Below are positions 1-12,600 of a stretch of 64,000 bases of DNA, piece by piece. The stretch lies in assembly GCA_964035545.1 (NCBI GenBank), contig OZ037772.1, positions 10,848,818-10,912,817 on the forward strand, written 5' to 3'. The first letter of the stretch is position 1. The number at the start of each line of letters is the position of its first letter. The position numbers and the translations under genes were made by a program. The DNA comes from Bugula neritina. Lineage: Eukaryota > Animalia > Bryozoa. Under the pieces are notes generated by a model. It was not told the DNA's origin, did no database searches, and worked only from the letters and a program-made list of their open reading frames with translations.

Positions 1-30
1 GGGCTAGCGGCAGCATGGATAGTCAGTCAG
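1..30 (+). CDS. 3' end of an exon truncated by the window edge; possibly an upstream or alternative exon of the PAK-like kinase
   Basis: Reads (g)g GCT AGC GGC AGC ATG GAT AGT CAG TCA G|gtatgt, a good phase-1 donor at 31. This phase matches the kinase exon starting at 6819. The parent gene cannot be determined. Confidence 0.4.
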
Positions 31-39
31 GTATGTCTT

Positions 40-860
40 AAAGTAGTGAGTAGTACTAGTGTAGTTAGTATAGTGAGTAGTACTAATTGTAGTTAGTATA
101 GTACTAGTTGTAGTTAGTGTAGTGAGTTGTAGTCAGTATAGTGAGTAGTACTAGTTATTGGTTTAAATTATGTCAGTTATGTTGAAAAAATCAGTGAAAA
201 AGTATCTGATTGGGGTTGCGATTCCTTTATTGATGGTAAAACATAATTATGTGAAGTCAGTAGTTACTACAGAGTATACAGTCACACTACAGAATTATAC
301 AGTAACTACTACAGAGTATACAGTTACTACTACAGAGTATACAGTAGCTACTACAGAATATATACAGTAACTACTACAGAGTAGAGACGACATAATATTA
401 TAGACTATAGAGTATAGACTACAGAGTATAGGCTATAGAGTATAGACTATAGAGTATAGACTATAGAGTATAGACTACAGAGTATAGACTATAGAGTATA
501 GACTACGGAGTATAGACTACAGAGTATAGACTAAAGAGTATAGACTATAGAGTATAGACTACAGAGTATAGACTATAGAGTATAGACTACACAGTATAGA
601 CTACAGAGTATAGACTATAGAGTATAGGCTAAAGAGTATAGACTACAGAGTATAGACTACACAGTATAGACTATAGAGTATAGACTACAGAGTATAGACT
701 ACAGAGTATAGACTACAGAGTATAGACTACAGAGTATAGGCTACAGAGTATAGACTACACAGTATAGACTATAGAGTATAGACTACAGAGTATAGACTAC
801 AGAGTATAGACTATAGAGTATAGACTATAGAGTATAGGCTATAGAGTATAGGCTAAAGTG
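40..860. repeat. Compound minisatellite: degenerate gtagttagtatagtgagtagtacta, then ~21-bp tactacagagtatacagtaac, then ~30 copies of 14-bp agagtatagactac/at
   Basis: Tandem periodicity directly visible; the 14-bp array runs ~400-856. Confidence 0.95.
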
Positions 861-2584
861 CTGTAAAGTTCTTATCAATGCTTGCTGTATCTGAGCTAAC
901 CCAGTTAATTATATTGTACCATTGATACTGTGCATACTGTGTATAGTAATACACTTCCTTGTTGACTTAATTTAATGCTCAAGAGTTTCACTCCATCATG
1001 CAATGTTAGTTTTTGACTTTCTTATCTCACTGTGATTGTTATTGTTTGCTAGCCACTTGAAGCAGGGTGTGTTTAGCTACTTAGTTCCCTATTCCCTCTT
1101 TCTGTGTTTAATTTGTTAAACTACATTCTTGGTGTTTAATGTCACCATAGAAACTGAAATTTGAAACCAATTTAGAAAGGACATTATTGGAATCACTAAA
1201 TTTTAGTTTTGACATCAACCAGGAAAAGCTGAGGGGTTGGGGAATTAGAGACTCCAGGAAGTTATGTAATGGTAGCATTAGTTAACAGAAAACCAATGCA
1301 ATTGGTTATGTTTGATTGATTAATTGGTTTAATAAATATTACAGACATGCAAGCTCGTTGCAAAATTGTTGAGTCTGGTTTATAATAGAATATATTTAGA
1401 GGTATGTTAGTTATATGGTGTAATGTATATGGTTTAAGGGGGATAAAGGGATTATTTAAATTCCAAACCCAATATTTGACCCCTGGGTGACTAATATCAC
1501 TCCCATCCACTTCCTTTAGTGTCTTTACAGTCTCCAATTGAGTTGATGAATTGGAACTGTGGCATGACTCGTAACTTCCTGTTCATAAAGTCTTCTAGAA
1601 AACTTAACATAGTTGGGATAAGTAGCTGTATCTATATTTAGACTAGGAAATATAGACTTCTCCAGAATGTGGTATATTCCCTGTAAAAGTTGTTTTTTAC
1701 AGTTTCATAATAAAGTATGTGATGAATAGGTGGCCACTTGCCAGCTTGGGAATATTGGAGTTGCATCCCCAAAAGGCTCTTTCAACTCCCACCAAGTTAC
1801 TAAAAAATCGATATGTTTTGTGTGGTTCAACTTAATTATTTTTCATTCAGTAACAGTAGCAGTTGAAATTAGTGTCTCTGGATTAGGAGGTATAATTGCA
1901 ATTCTTCCTTATAGCCCGTAATGGCCGATTTTCCCATTTTCTTTAGGGAAAGATAACCCCGATATTGCATCATTATTTGCTACAAAAGATTCGAGTTTTT
2001 TTTGTGAAATTCCTACACTTGATGTATTCAGCCCATCAGTTGACTTTGAAAAAGCCAGCTTACTCAGGCTAAGGTTGTAGACTCTCAGTCTAATTTAGTG
2101 TAGAGCCAAAATATAACCCAGTCTTAGTTTTTGTCACAATTTCCCCATCCATTTCCTTTCCATGTGTGCCCACTGCACAAGTTATCGGGGTTCTCTGTTC
2201 ATTAGTGTGTATATATTTTTATTTGAACTAACTGTACATGTCTTAGATGTAAATATATTTCAAAATCAATGGATATCTGTCGACTAATAATAGTAAGAAT
2301 TTAATGTTCATATATAGGAAATAACATGGCCACCTGTGTATGGGATATTTAGGTTGTCTAGCAGTTTAATTTTATCAGATTTACATAAAAACTGCCAGAT
2401 TAAAAAATACTAAAGTTTTGGATACCAAGTTTATTTATGCAAGTCATGTTAGATGATAAAATATTTCCCTAAAGTCATCTTCCAATTCTCTAAAGGATAT
2501 TATTCAATTCTGATACAAAAGTGTCTCACTGCCATCAAATATTGTTATTTTAAAACGTACAAGTAGGTGCATGTGTCATTTTCA

Positions 2585-2965
2585 TTGTATATTTTTAGAA
2601 TCCAATTGGTTTCGTATTGAGATTTACTGTGTCATTTATAAAAAAGTTCCCTGAAACACTTCCTGTATGCAGTAATAAAATACTCATATATATCTTAGCT
2701 ATCATCTACATACTGTTTGGGGATTTTATGCTCCAATCATTCTGTTATACGAGAACGTTTGTGCACACCTTCTTTGAGTCGATTTGGAATTCTGATCGTT
2801 TGCTGTATATTTTTAGAGTTGGTATTGAGATTTACTGTGTCATTTATAAAAAAAACTGCCTGACACTTCCTGCAGTAATAAAATACTCATATATATATTT
2901 TAGCATCATCTACCCACTCTCTGGGGGTTGTATGTTTAAACAACTTTTTTATAATAAATTTTGTG
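2585..2965. repeat. Diverged local tandem duplication (~215-bp period)
   Basis: tattgagatttactgtgtcatttataaaaaa...cagtaataaaatactcatatatat occurs at ~2615 and ~2823. Confidence 0.85.
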
Positions 2966-3137
2966 CAAACTCGCCTTGGGTTAATTTGGGAATCCTGATT
3001 GCTTGCTGGTTACTTTCCAGTTGACTCTGAAGTCAGTGGTTTTGAGTGGTAACTATCGCTGACTTTCATTGTTTTTCTTAGCTGCTGCAACACACTGCCT
3101 TATAACTAAGCTGGCTTCAACCCTCAAACAGTCCATT

Positions 3138-3287
3138 TAGACTCGGTAGCGGAGAAATTGAGATAGCCTAAGTTCTTCAATTTTATTATTAAATTTGGTT
3201 GAAATTCTTGTGAAAACATAACTTCTTTGTTACATTTCTAATGATCTAGAACACAGGCTTTTCTCAGTTTCTCCATTACTGCACCTA
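3138..3287 (-). mobile_element. MITE family A copy (~150 bp; TIR TAGGTGCAGTAATGGAGAAATTGAGA)
   Basis: Imperfect terminal inverted repeats plus shared core AAAAGCCTGTGTTCTAG...GAAGTTATGTT. Homologous copies at ~9511, 23190, 50697, 51773, 52592, 53303 and 55220. Confidence 0.8.
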
Positions 3288-3627
3288 CCTCCAATCAGTC
3301 TGTTGATGATGCTAATATGTATATGAATATCTCAATACTCCGTACAGATAAAGTGTGTCGGGAATTCTTTGACAAAGATTATTAAGGGGCGGTGGCCATA
3401 TTGTTTGCCTTGCCTATTGCCACACGTATAGGTAAATTGTGTTGCAAGTGAGTCAGTTTGATAACACGGCCGTAATCTATAGCGTGTTGCTACAGTGATT
3501 GGGCTATAGGGTACCTACTTCCTATACTATCATGTGCTTGGGTTCTTATCTAATGAGACAAACTTCACCTGTGCATTATAGCAGCGTTGTTATTTTCCTG
3601 GTTGTGGAGCTACGATAAAGTGCTATT

Positions 3628-6600
3628 ATGGGTGAGTTGTTCGATTTTTGTATGCTGCCGCTGTTTAGTTACTGAGACCTTGTCATAGGGTGACTTCTGT
3701 AAGATTTGCTGACTTTTTAGTCTGCTGGTGGCAATACTTCAGTTATATTCACAGTTTGTTACCCTGTCAGCTTTAATATACATCCTGCTTTAGCGTAACG
3801 TTCTTAGCTGTGAGTAGTGAACAGTGAGCGAGTAGGTTTCACATTCTAGGGATGTGATGATAGTATCTAGTGTAGTTTCTACTGGATATAATCCTGTTTA
3901 GGTTATACTGAATATTTGTTTAGGTTATAATGAATAATGTGTGTAAATTTAAAATGATCTCACATTTTTGTAAAACTCATTTAGCGATTTAAAGTTCAAA
4001 TCATGTTTGTTTACTAATCGAGTATTAAAATTCTTTTATTGACCTGTGGATGTTATAATATATTGCTAAGTTCAGTACAGTCACGTTGTGTTGATTGGAT
4101 ACTCGTGTACAAATCTGCTATTCATTTTGATTTAGTTCACAGTTCACACTCTCATTGTTATGAGTTACAATATGTTTGTATCTCTCTTTATCATTCTGAA
4201 CTCACTGCCTTACATTGTTTATTATAATGTATAATTAGTATATGTTAGGAGTTGTGTCCCTTGCAGCTTCAAATTTCTATCTCTCAGTTTATTGTAATAT
4301 ATTTTGTTGTCAATATGTTGGTGAAAAAGTGGTACAAGTTATTATTAATTACTAATTAGTCATGAAGCAATCTAAAGTTGGGTTTTTCCAATCAGATATA
4401 ATTTATTTTAGTTCCTCATGGTTTACTTGTGATGTAGGCACAACTCCTAATTGTGATGTGTGACTCATCACGTAATTGGACATGTTTTCAATTCCTAACT
4501 CAATTTAGTTATTTTAGTGGTTATGTACTCTTTCTGATTTTCTGCTCTGATGACATACATTTCCTTATATCAAATGAAAAAAGCATTTTATTTGTTTTAT
4601 GCTTCTAAATTTGATCCCTAACAAAATCTAAAATTTCTAAACTATTTATTTGTTATTTACTCTGCTATATAATAAGCTAAAGATCATGTTTACTCTGTCT
4701 ATCTTGAGAAATTGCCTGAAAAATTGCCTTGTTTCTCAACTTGGGAGTTGTTGTCTCTCTATAACGTGATCAACTTGCATTCCTTTCCGTGACTAAGTTT
4801 CCAAATCATTTGTTGATTTCAGCGTCATGTTTGAATTTTGCTACTCATACTATTACATAAGTGTATCTTGTCAACACGTGTACAGCTTAAGCTGATAGCA
4901 GGTTGTGATTCCATACGTATGAGGTAATGACTGTCCAGGAAGGGGAAAGGGGTACACTATTACTACGGCAGCTGCTGCTGTCACACGTATAGCTGTTGCG
5001 TAATGCACATGAGGAATTATTATTGTATTGAAGAGACAATAACTACACATGCAATCCATTTTTAATTGCGAATTCAAATGGAGTTGTGATGTTGGTCACT
5101 TATGATATAATAGTTGAATGGAGTCGAATTACAATGATTAGTTTGAAGAGATACATTTAGTAATTCTGTTAGTCACGTACTTTGCACTCATTGGCTCATT
5201 CCAAGCAAGGTTCTCCTGTTGTTAATTATCGGCCTCTTTCATTTTGTTTACTTGCTTATCTTTAGTGATAAACTAATAAACAATAGGGCTGACACAAGTT
5301 TACTCTGACGTGTTTGCTGTGCTGTAATGTCAATAGCCAGTTGGTCATTCATTAAGTGACCTGACACTGAAGGACAAGTAGAAAGTGGAGTATATTTCGT
5401 TGAAATCTAGAATTACTGTTATATTCTCTGCGTTCATATCTTCTTACATGTTCTGGTAAGGATATCTTTACAGTGTATTTATACTATAGTATAGTGAAGG
5501 AGTTGTAAGTCTGTTTGCTTTCCTTCGCTTTAAGTTTTATTTCGTGCACGTTGCAGTTTGCTGTGGTACTGAATTGCAAAGTATCCTAGGTGGTATTGTA
5601 GCGTGAAAATTTGTCTGGCTGTGATAATTAGTGTTCTATAATCAAATTCTAAATATTAAAATGGAAATCACAACATTTGTTAACCTTCTTTGCTTATTCG
5701 TTATATATTTTTTATTATTTTTTGAAATGAAAAATATGTCTTATGTAGAGAAAACTTCGAGCTACCTAGACCTCATATGTACTTTCTATGTAATGTAATA
5801 TCTGCTCTCGTATGTGAAAATAGCTCTGGACATTGTATGGTGGTTAACTTATTATTACTGCTAGTACTAAGTTTCTCACCAGTAGCAGTACCAGTGACAT
5901 ACTATTACTCACCTACTAATCACCATTATACATTGAGTTACAAATGCTACTAGCCAGTGAAGTGACGTAGGTATATTATTACAATATAATAACAACTTGA
6001 ACAATGAACTCATGGTACACAAATATAATACAATGATTGTCATTTATTAAGTGTAACTTGCTCACACACGCAATCTGTTGAAAGAGATTATTGTCGAAAA
6101 CCTAGTATTCTGTCTGTGGCTTCCACAATAGTACTGCTGTATTATAAGAATGCCCTTGACCTGAAGTCCATAGCTCATGTGATCACTTAGACTGTGAGCC
6201 ATACAGTTACTGAGAAATTTCAATAGACCGGCTGCTCGAAGATTTTCGTGCTATATTTTTCAGTTAGAACAAGTTTTTCTCAATTACTGTCTCTACATCC
6301 ATGTTACATTGTGAAATCAGTTTTCAATGACAAGAATTGTTCTCTAAGCAGCTCTGAGTTGGTGGTGACTGAGCGCAGTAGTTTGGAGCTCTCTAGTTTG
6401 GCTTGGGGGGGACCTAACTCTAAACTTAAGAAGTCCAAACTAAATTAATCCCTCACCTCCAACTTGGAGCTACTCATAGAAAAACGATCATAGCATACCT
6501 GGCCATTACTCACAAGTTTATAGTCACCATCCCTGTAAGAAAACCCCTGATGAAAGGTTTTTATTTGTTAAATAGGGCTAAGGATTTATTCAGATAGGGC

Positions 6601-9600
6601 ACGGTAACAATTATGACTGGATGTTCTTCCTAACATCACCAATGGCTTTTGTTGGTGGTTCGAACCCATGACTTTGTGCTTTCTAGGCAAACTCTAACCC
6701 CTAGACCACTGCTGCTAGCTATACCTGGCCATTTAGACTGTATTCTAAAGTTGTAAAACCAGATCAAGGATCTCTAAAATTTGTAATCATGTGCTTTACC
6801 GATGTGTTTGTCTTTCAGCTAGTGACGGTGAGGAAATATATTCCGAGATTCCCGCAACTTTCCAGCCCACACAGCAAGCAGACGAAGAACTGTACGGTAA
6901 CCCAGACGAGGAGTTGTATGGTAACGCCGATATTGTTAGCCAAGTTAACGGTACGACCCCTGGGAAGCCCCCTTTGCCGTCTAAAAAGCTACCATCACAG
7001 TCTAGCTTTGACTCACAGTCTGATAGTTGTCCAGTCAACATGTTAGAGGTGAGTTACATCTGCTGCCAGCTGCTGATCAGCCTCTTTCTGACATCGGCAG
7101 CCTGTTCTAAAGAGTAGTATTTTGTATGGAGTATAAGTAACTCAAGATTTTTGGTATAGTAGAATTATATATTGTGACTTTCTTGTAAGACTTTTGAAAG
7201 CTTTTGTGTAAATATGATTACAGACTCTATTTTTGTATAATTTGTTGGAGTTATCTCCTTGAGTAACACACATTTTTTAATTTAGCCACATCTCTTCTCT
7301 AAATCGCGTCTCTCATTTTCTGTTATGTCACTTCCTTTGCAGATCTGCCCAGCAGGGGGCGCCATCCTCAGAAGAGGAAATGCTAAAATTCTGCGTAAAG
7401 GTAACTCTAAAGGTAATTGGTTGATTACCACCATTCTGTATGTCTTCTTCAGAATTGTAGCTTGGAGTTAGCTGATTGGAAACCAGTTAAATGTAACTTG
7501 GATGTTTCTTTGATAGTTGCAAAGTGTTAGAGGGTAAACAGCTACTCAGTTTAATACTTTTTAGGGTTTTAAAATAGGCTGTGAAGGTTTATTCTATAAA
7601 ACTGGTTGAATCATACTTTTGATCAGAGGGACTTTAAGTATCAAAACTGCAGAATACATTCTAATTGCTCTGTTTTAAGATATCAATTCCACAGTGTGTT
7701 TTTTATTACTTCTTTGTTGTTTGGAGGCAGCGTTACGTTACATTTCCAAAATGCAATTTCATTATTAGAACATTTCACGTTGCCGGGCGGGGATAAAAGA
7801 AAAGGTTTCAGACGAGAGTCGAGTGAAGCTGGTACTGAAAAAGCACTTCAAAATGGTGGTGATGACACAGTCGCTCGTAGTCAGCCATCTTTGAACATGA
7901 TTGATAAGCTCTCTCTGAGTGACTGTAAGGAGAATATTAGTAAAAGTGAAGAAGTGAGTACTGTGTACTGCAGTGTGACATGTGTCACATGGTGTCTGGC
8001 AGGTGTCATATGGTGCATGGCATGTGTCACATGGTGTCTGGCATGTGTCATATGGTGTATAGCATGTGTCACATGGTGTATAACATGTGCCACATGGTGT
8101 CTGGCATGTGTCACAGTCTGTATGAAACATGCCACACATTTTGTGGCATGTGTCACATATTGTCTGACATCTGTTATGTCGTGTGTGGCATGTCTCACAT
8201 GGTGTGTGGCATATGTCCCTTAATGTCCTATAGCATGACACTATAATTGCCTGTCTACATTGGGACATTTTTTTAAAATGAGCGGCACAAAGCGAAATTG
8301 TGATTGAAAACACATTGAGATGTTTTGACTGTCATTTTTAAACTATTCTGTCACTCACGGTAAGCTAGTTTGTAAGGGTATATAATAATTATTTATGATT
8401 TTAATCTTAATTTTAATTTAAGGAAACATCTCCCTAAAACAAGCTTTAATTACACCACAAGACTGATAACTAAATAAGTCCATGTTATATGATACAATAT
8501 TATGCAGCACTATTTCAAACAAGTCTATGTGTCACAAGATTCACGCTGTAGTGTTTAACCTTTAGTCTCTACACACGAAGCAGGGAAAAGATTTGGTTGT
8601 CAATAGAGACAAGAAAAACAAAACTCGCCGTACACTCGCAGACGACTTGTTTTCTGGTTATTATGATAACAACTTTGACCCTACATTACCTGTTCCTGTT
8701 TTACAGAGTTCAGGGGCTTCAGCCCCTTATAGTACACAGACAGTGAGTAATACCTGGTGACGCTTGGTGTGTAATTGTTACCATACAATACCAGTATTAA
8801 TAGTGCCAAAGAGATATTGAGAACAGTCACTGTACTTCTTATACTCTATTTACATAGCATGCACAGGAGGGGTTGATTCTTTCAGCTGTTCTCTTTTTCT
8901 TTTTGGCACATTTCTCTGGTAAAAGTACCTTTTCCACCAGTGTGTCCTAATAAATTAGTATAACGAAGCTAGTAGCACCATTTCTCACACTTGAGCATTT
9001 CAGCACAGTAAGACATTTTACCTTAATCTGCTTTCCACTCCATGTTGGTAGCTAAAACCTAAATGTCATTCCAGCAATATGTAATTCTGTTGAGTGTTCT
9101 GCCATTACCACTAGCTAGTTGTGCTCAAGTGTGAGGGATGACTTTTATTTTCTTGCTTTGTGATTCGCTAGTAACTTAGTAACAAGCTAGTTGATAGGCC
9201 AATACAAGTCCATTATGATTTTTCTCTCTGCGCATTTAGATACAATAGAAATTGCTTCTAATACTAAACATTCTACTGACGTGTCATAAAACACTCAACA
9301 GTCTAAGCGGGATCTAAAGTTCTGTAGCACAAGATACTGTATTAAATCTTCCATCTTTGGTAACCGTCGTGTAGTATATAAATTATCAGTTTGTAGACTC
9401 AGTGTTGAGATTTTATCTTTTCCCATATATACCTTTTAATTTCCAGTATTCGGCAGTAGTTTTAGTCTATGATCCTTCAATTTTGTGTGTATGGGGTAGT
9501 TATGTCAAAGGTAGGTGCAGTAACTGAGAGTTTGGGAAAAACCAATATTTTAGTTAATAAATCACTGGGCTTTCAATGCGAACTCTAAACGAAAATCCAC

Positions 9601-12600
9601 GAGAAAATTTGGGCTATTCAAATTTCTCACTTACCGTGCCTACATGATATCATTTTCTTTTCGAAGTAGTTGTAGTCTCGCAGCTAATGTAACCAGTATT
9701 TCCTGTCTTTGTAGCTACCAGCTTCTAGCATGTATTACAACACAATAACACCGGCAGGTGTCTTATCTACCAATCAGAGAGCTCCTAACAACCCAGTCAC
9801 TAAATCGGTATGAGTTCCAGTTCAGTGTATTTGCTATGTTCTCTGTCTCTCACCTGATGTGAAGTGTCATATCTATTTTTTCACCTGATGTGATGTGTCA
9901 CGTTTGTATTCCTACCTAATGCAATCTGTCATATCAGTATTCTCACCTGATTTGACCTGCCACGTCTATTTCTCACCTGATGTCAAATGCTATATTTGTA
10001 TTATCACCTGATTTTAAGTGTCAATTCTGTTTTATCACCTGCTGTAAAGTGTCATGTTTGTATTGTCACTCAATGTAAAGTGTCACCTCTGTATTTTCAC
10101 CTGATGTGATGTGTCACCTCTGTATTATCATTTGCTGTGACGTGTCATGTCTGCATCCATCTTTCTCCTCTACAGGAGACATTCTCTGGCAAAGAAGCTG
10201 AAAAACCAGATGTAAGGAAGAGGCCAATCCCTGCCCCTAGAAATTCTACTCTCAATAAAGGTCAGGAGGGGTCGCAGCACAGTCCGCCCTCTACCTCGCC
10301 CAAAAGTGAGTGGATCTACTACTAACTTCTAAGTAATGTTACTTAAGTTTGTAATGCCAACTGTTTTCTCCCTGTAAGTTTTGTCATGACATTTTGTGTT
10401 TCGCCTTTCGTTCATTTAATATTTCTTCAAGTAGACACAATGATATTGATAGAAAGCAATTTTGTGTTGAAATATGATATTGTTAGTCTTTAACTTCAAG
10501 TTTCCATTGTAACTTTTAGTTGAGACCTACAAAATAAAATCAGTGGAGAGTTTTGTGTCAAATTATACTTTTATTTTAAACATGGAGTTGTGTTCCCTTT
10601 TTATAATTAGCTTTGTGTTGTGCTACAGCTACTCCATTAGCTACTAGGCGTGACATGAACACAATTGCCGCTCGACCAATGGATAGAAGACAACTAGACT
10701 CCGTAAGTGAGGTGAGTATCCAGTACATACTTCGGACACTTTATACAGTACTTATAATGTAAGCTCAGAGGGAGCGGCCGTGGTCTAGGGGTTAGAGCCT
10801 TAGTAAGCATGAAGTCATGGGTTCAAACCCCATTAAAAACTATTGGTGATGTTAGGAAGAGCATCCAGTCATAATTGCTCCTGTGCTCCATCTGAGTAAG
10901 TCCTTAGCCTGATTTAACAAAAACCCTTTCCATCAGGGGTTTTCATAGAGATGTTGACTATTAACTTGCGTGAGTTTTTATGTAATATAAGTTCAGTGGG
11001 ATGATAAAAGTATACGTGTATTTGTACTTGAGAATTCAACAACTTCACGAGAGCTCTGGTCTAATAGAGCTGACAAACTGCGAAGATATGGGTTTGAATC
11101 CCGGCAAGGTCATTGGTGGTGTCAGTAAGATCGTCTGCTCACAACTGCCCCTGCTCCATAGCATACACAGTCTTTAGGCCACTTGAAAAAAACTTGTTAC
11201 TGTCACAGGTTCTGGAAGGAGTGTAGACTTTATCCGACTGCAATGAAGTCGTGATCAGATATATAAAAGATTGTGTTTGCTGGTGAAAGCTCAGTTTTGC
11301 AAGCAAACTAAAATGGCTACTTTCTTCTGCTGTGCAATGAATTTCCTGTTTTTCAAACACTTTGGTAGTAGTTGTAAAAGAAGGTGTTTGATAGCTTTAG
11401 TGCCACATGATTGCAGGATAAGTCGGCGTGTAGATCCACACCCTACGTTCAAGACGTGCAGTCCGTGGTATGTGACGTACAGTGCGTTTCTGACCTGCAG
11501 GAGCGCAACAACGCAACTCACTTGCAGAAACTCGAGGAGCTCAGGGAGAGAGATACGGAGTCAGATGACGATATCTATGAAAATGGGGACTTTTTGGTTA
11601 ACATTTCAGAAGAGGTGTGTTGATTTGTATACTCTAAGGCTAATTACTGTTCACATTTATACAACTTACAAGCTGTCCAAATCCATAGTTTTTGTAATAT
11701 AAATGGCTGTAGAAAAATTTCAATTCGTTACTGTATAAAATGAAATGCTAACCTGTGATGGCACTATTTGCAAATTTAGCAAATATGGTTTACTTTCAAC
11801 AAATTTCGTCAGTAAGAAAATATGTTTGATTCTTGAGTTTTAAATAAGGAAATAGTAGAATATGGCAAAGAAAATGCCCCACTATGATTTGCAAAATTTA
11901 TTTGAAATTTGTTTTAATGAATCAAGCTGCTAAATTTTATTCAGTATTTTATGGAGTGATGTTTTCTCGTCAGCAGCCTGTTGAGGTTGAGGAGTTGTAT
12001 GCCAACTGTAACGCGCCGTACCTCCAAGAGCAAAGAATGATCACAAAGAGGAAGTTAACCAGACAGGATGCTGCTCCCAACAACGAAGCTTCTAATTTCA
12101 GTCAGCATCAGGACTCTATTAATATGCTTCGTCAAAAGTCGACCAAAATGCAAAGACTAGATACTCTACGTGCTTTACACAAACAGGTGACATTTGGCCT
12201 CTGATCCTTTAATTTGTGGATCAAAGCTGTTTTTATGGTAGACTAATAATTTATATGTTTGTACTACATTCTACTTTCTGTTTCAACCTCTGTGGTTATG
12301 TTGCAGGATTCGGTTGATATGAATCCTTTAACCAGGGTGGCTATAAATGTTAGCACATTGAATGAAGAAAACCAGTATTACTTGTCTCTAATTAGTAAGT
12401 ACCTGTTAGCATGTGTCACAAGTCAGCAAGTACCTGTCAGACATTTTCATTTGTCAGCAAGTACCTGTCAGACATGTGTCACTAATCATCAAGTAGTGTC
12501 AGGCATGTGTCACTAATCTGCAAGTACTTATCAGACATGTGTCACTAATCACCAATTACCTGTCATGTATGTGTCACTAATCACCAATTACCTGTCATAC

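Noticed and set aside
7765-8313. Cys/His-rich metallothionein- or multiheme-like ORFs (CxxCH repeats)
   Set aside because: Arise from a 21-bp intronic repeat on the antisense strand; no splice or start context.
10770-10835. tRNA gene
   Set aside because: A and B boxes are present but the cloverleaf is degenerate and continues into a shared SINE body; it is a SINE head.
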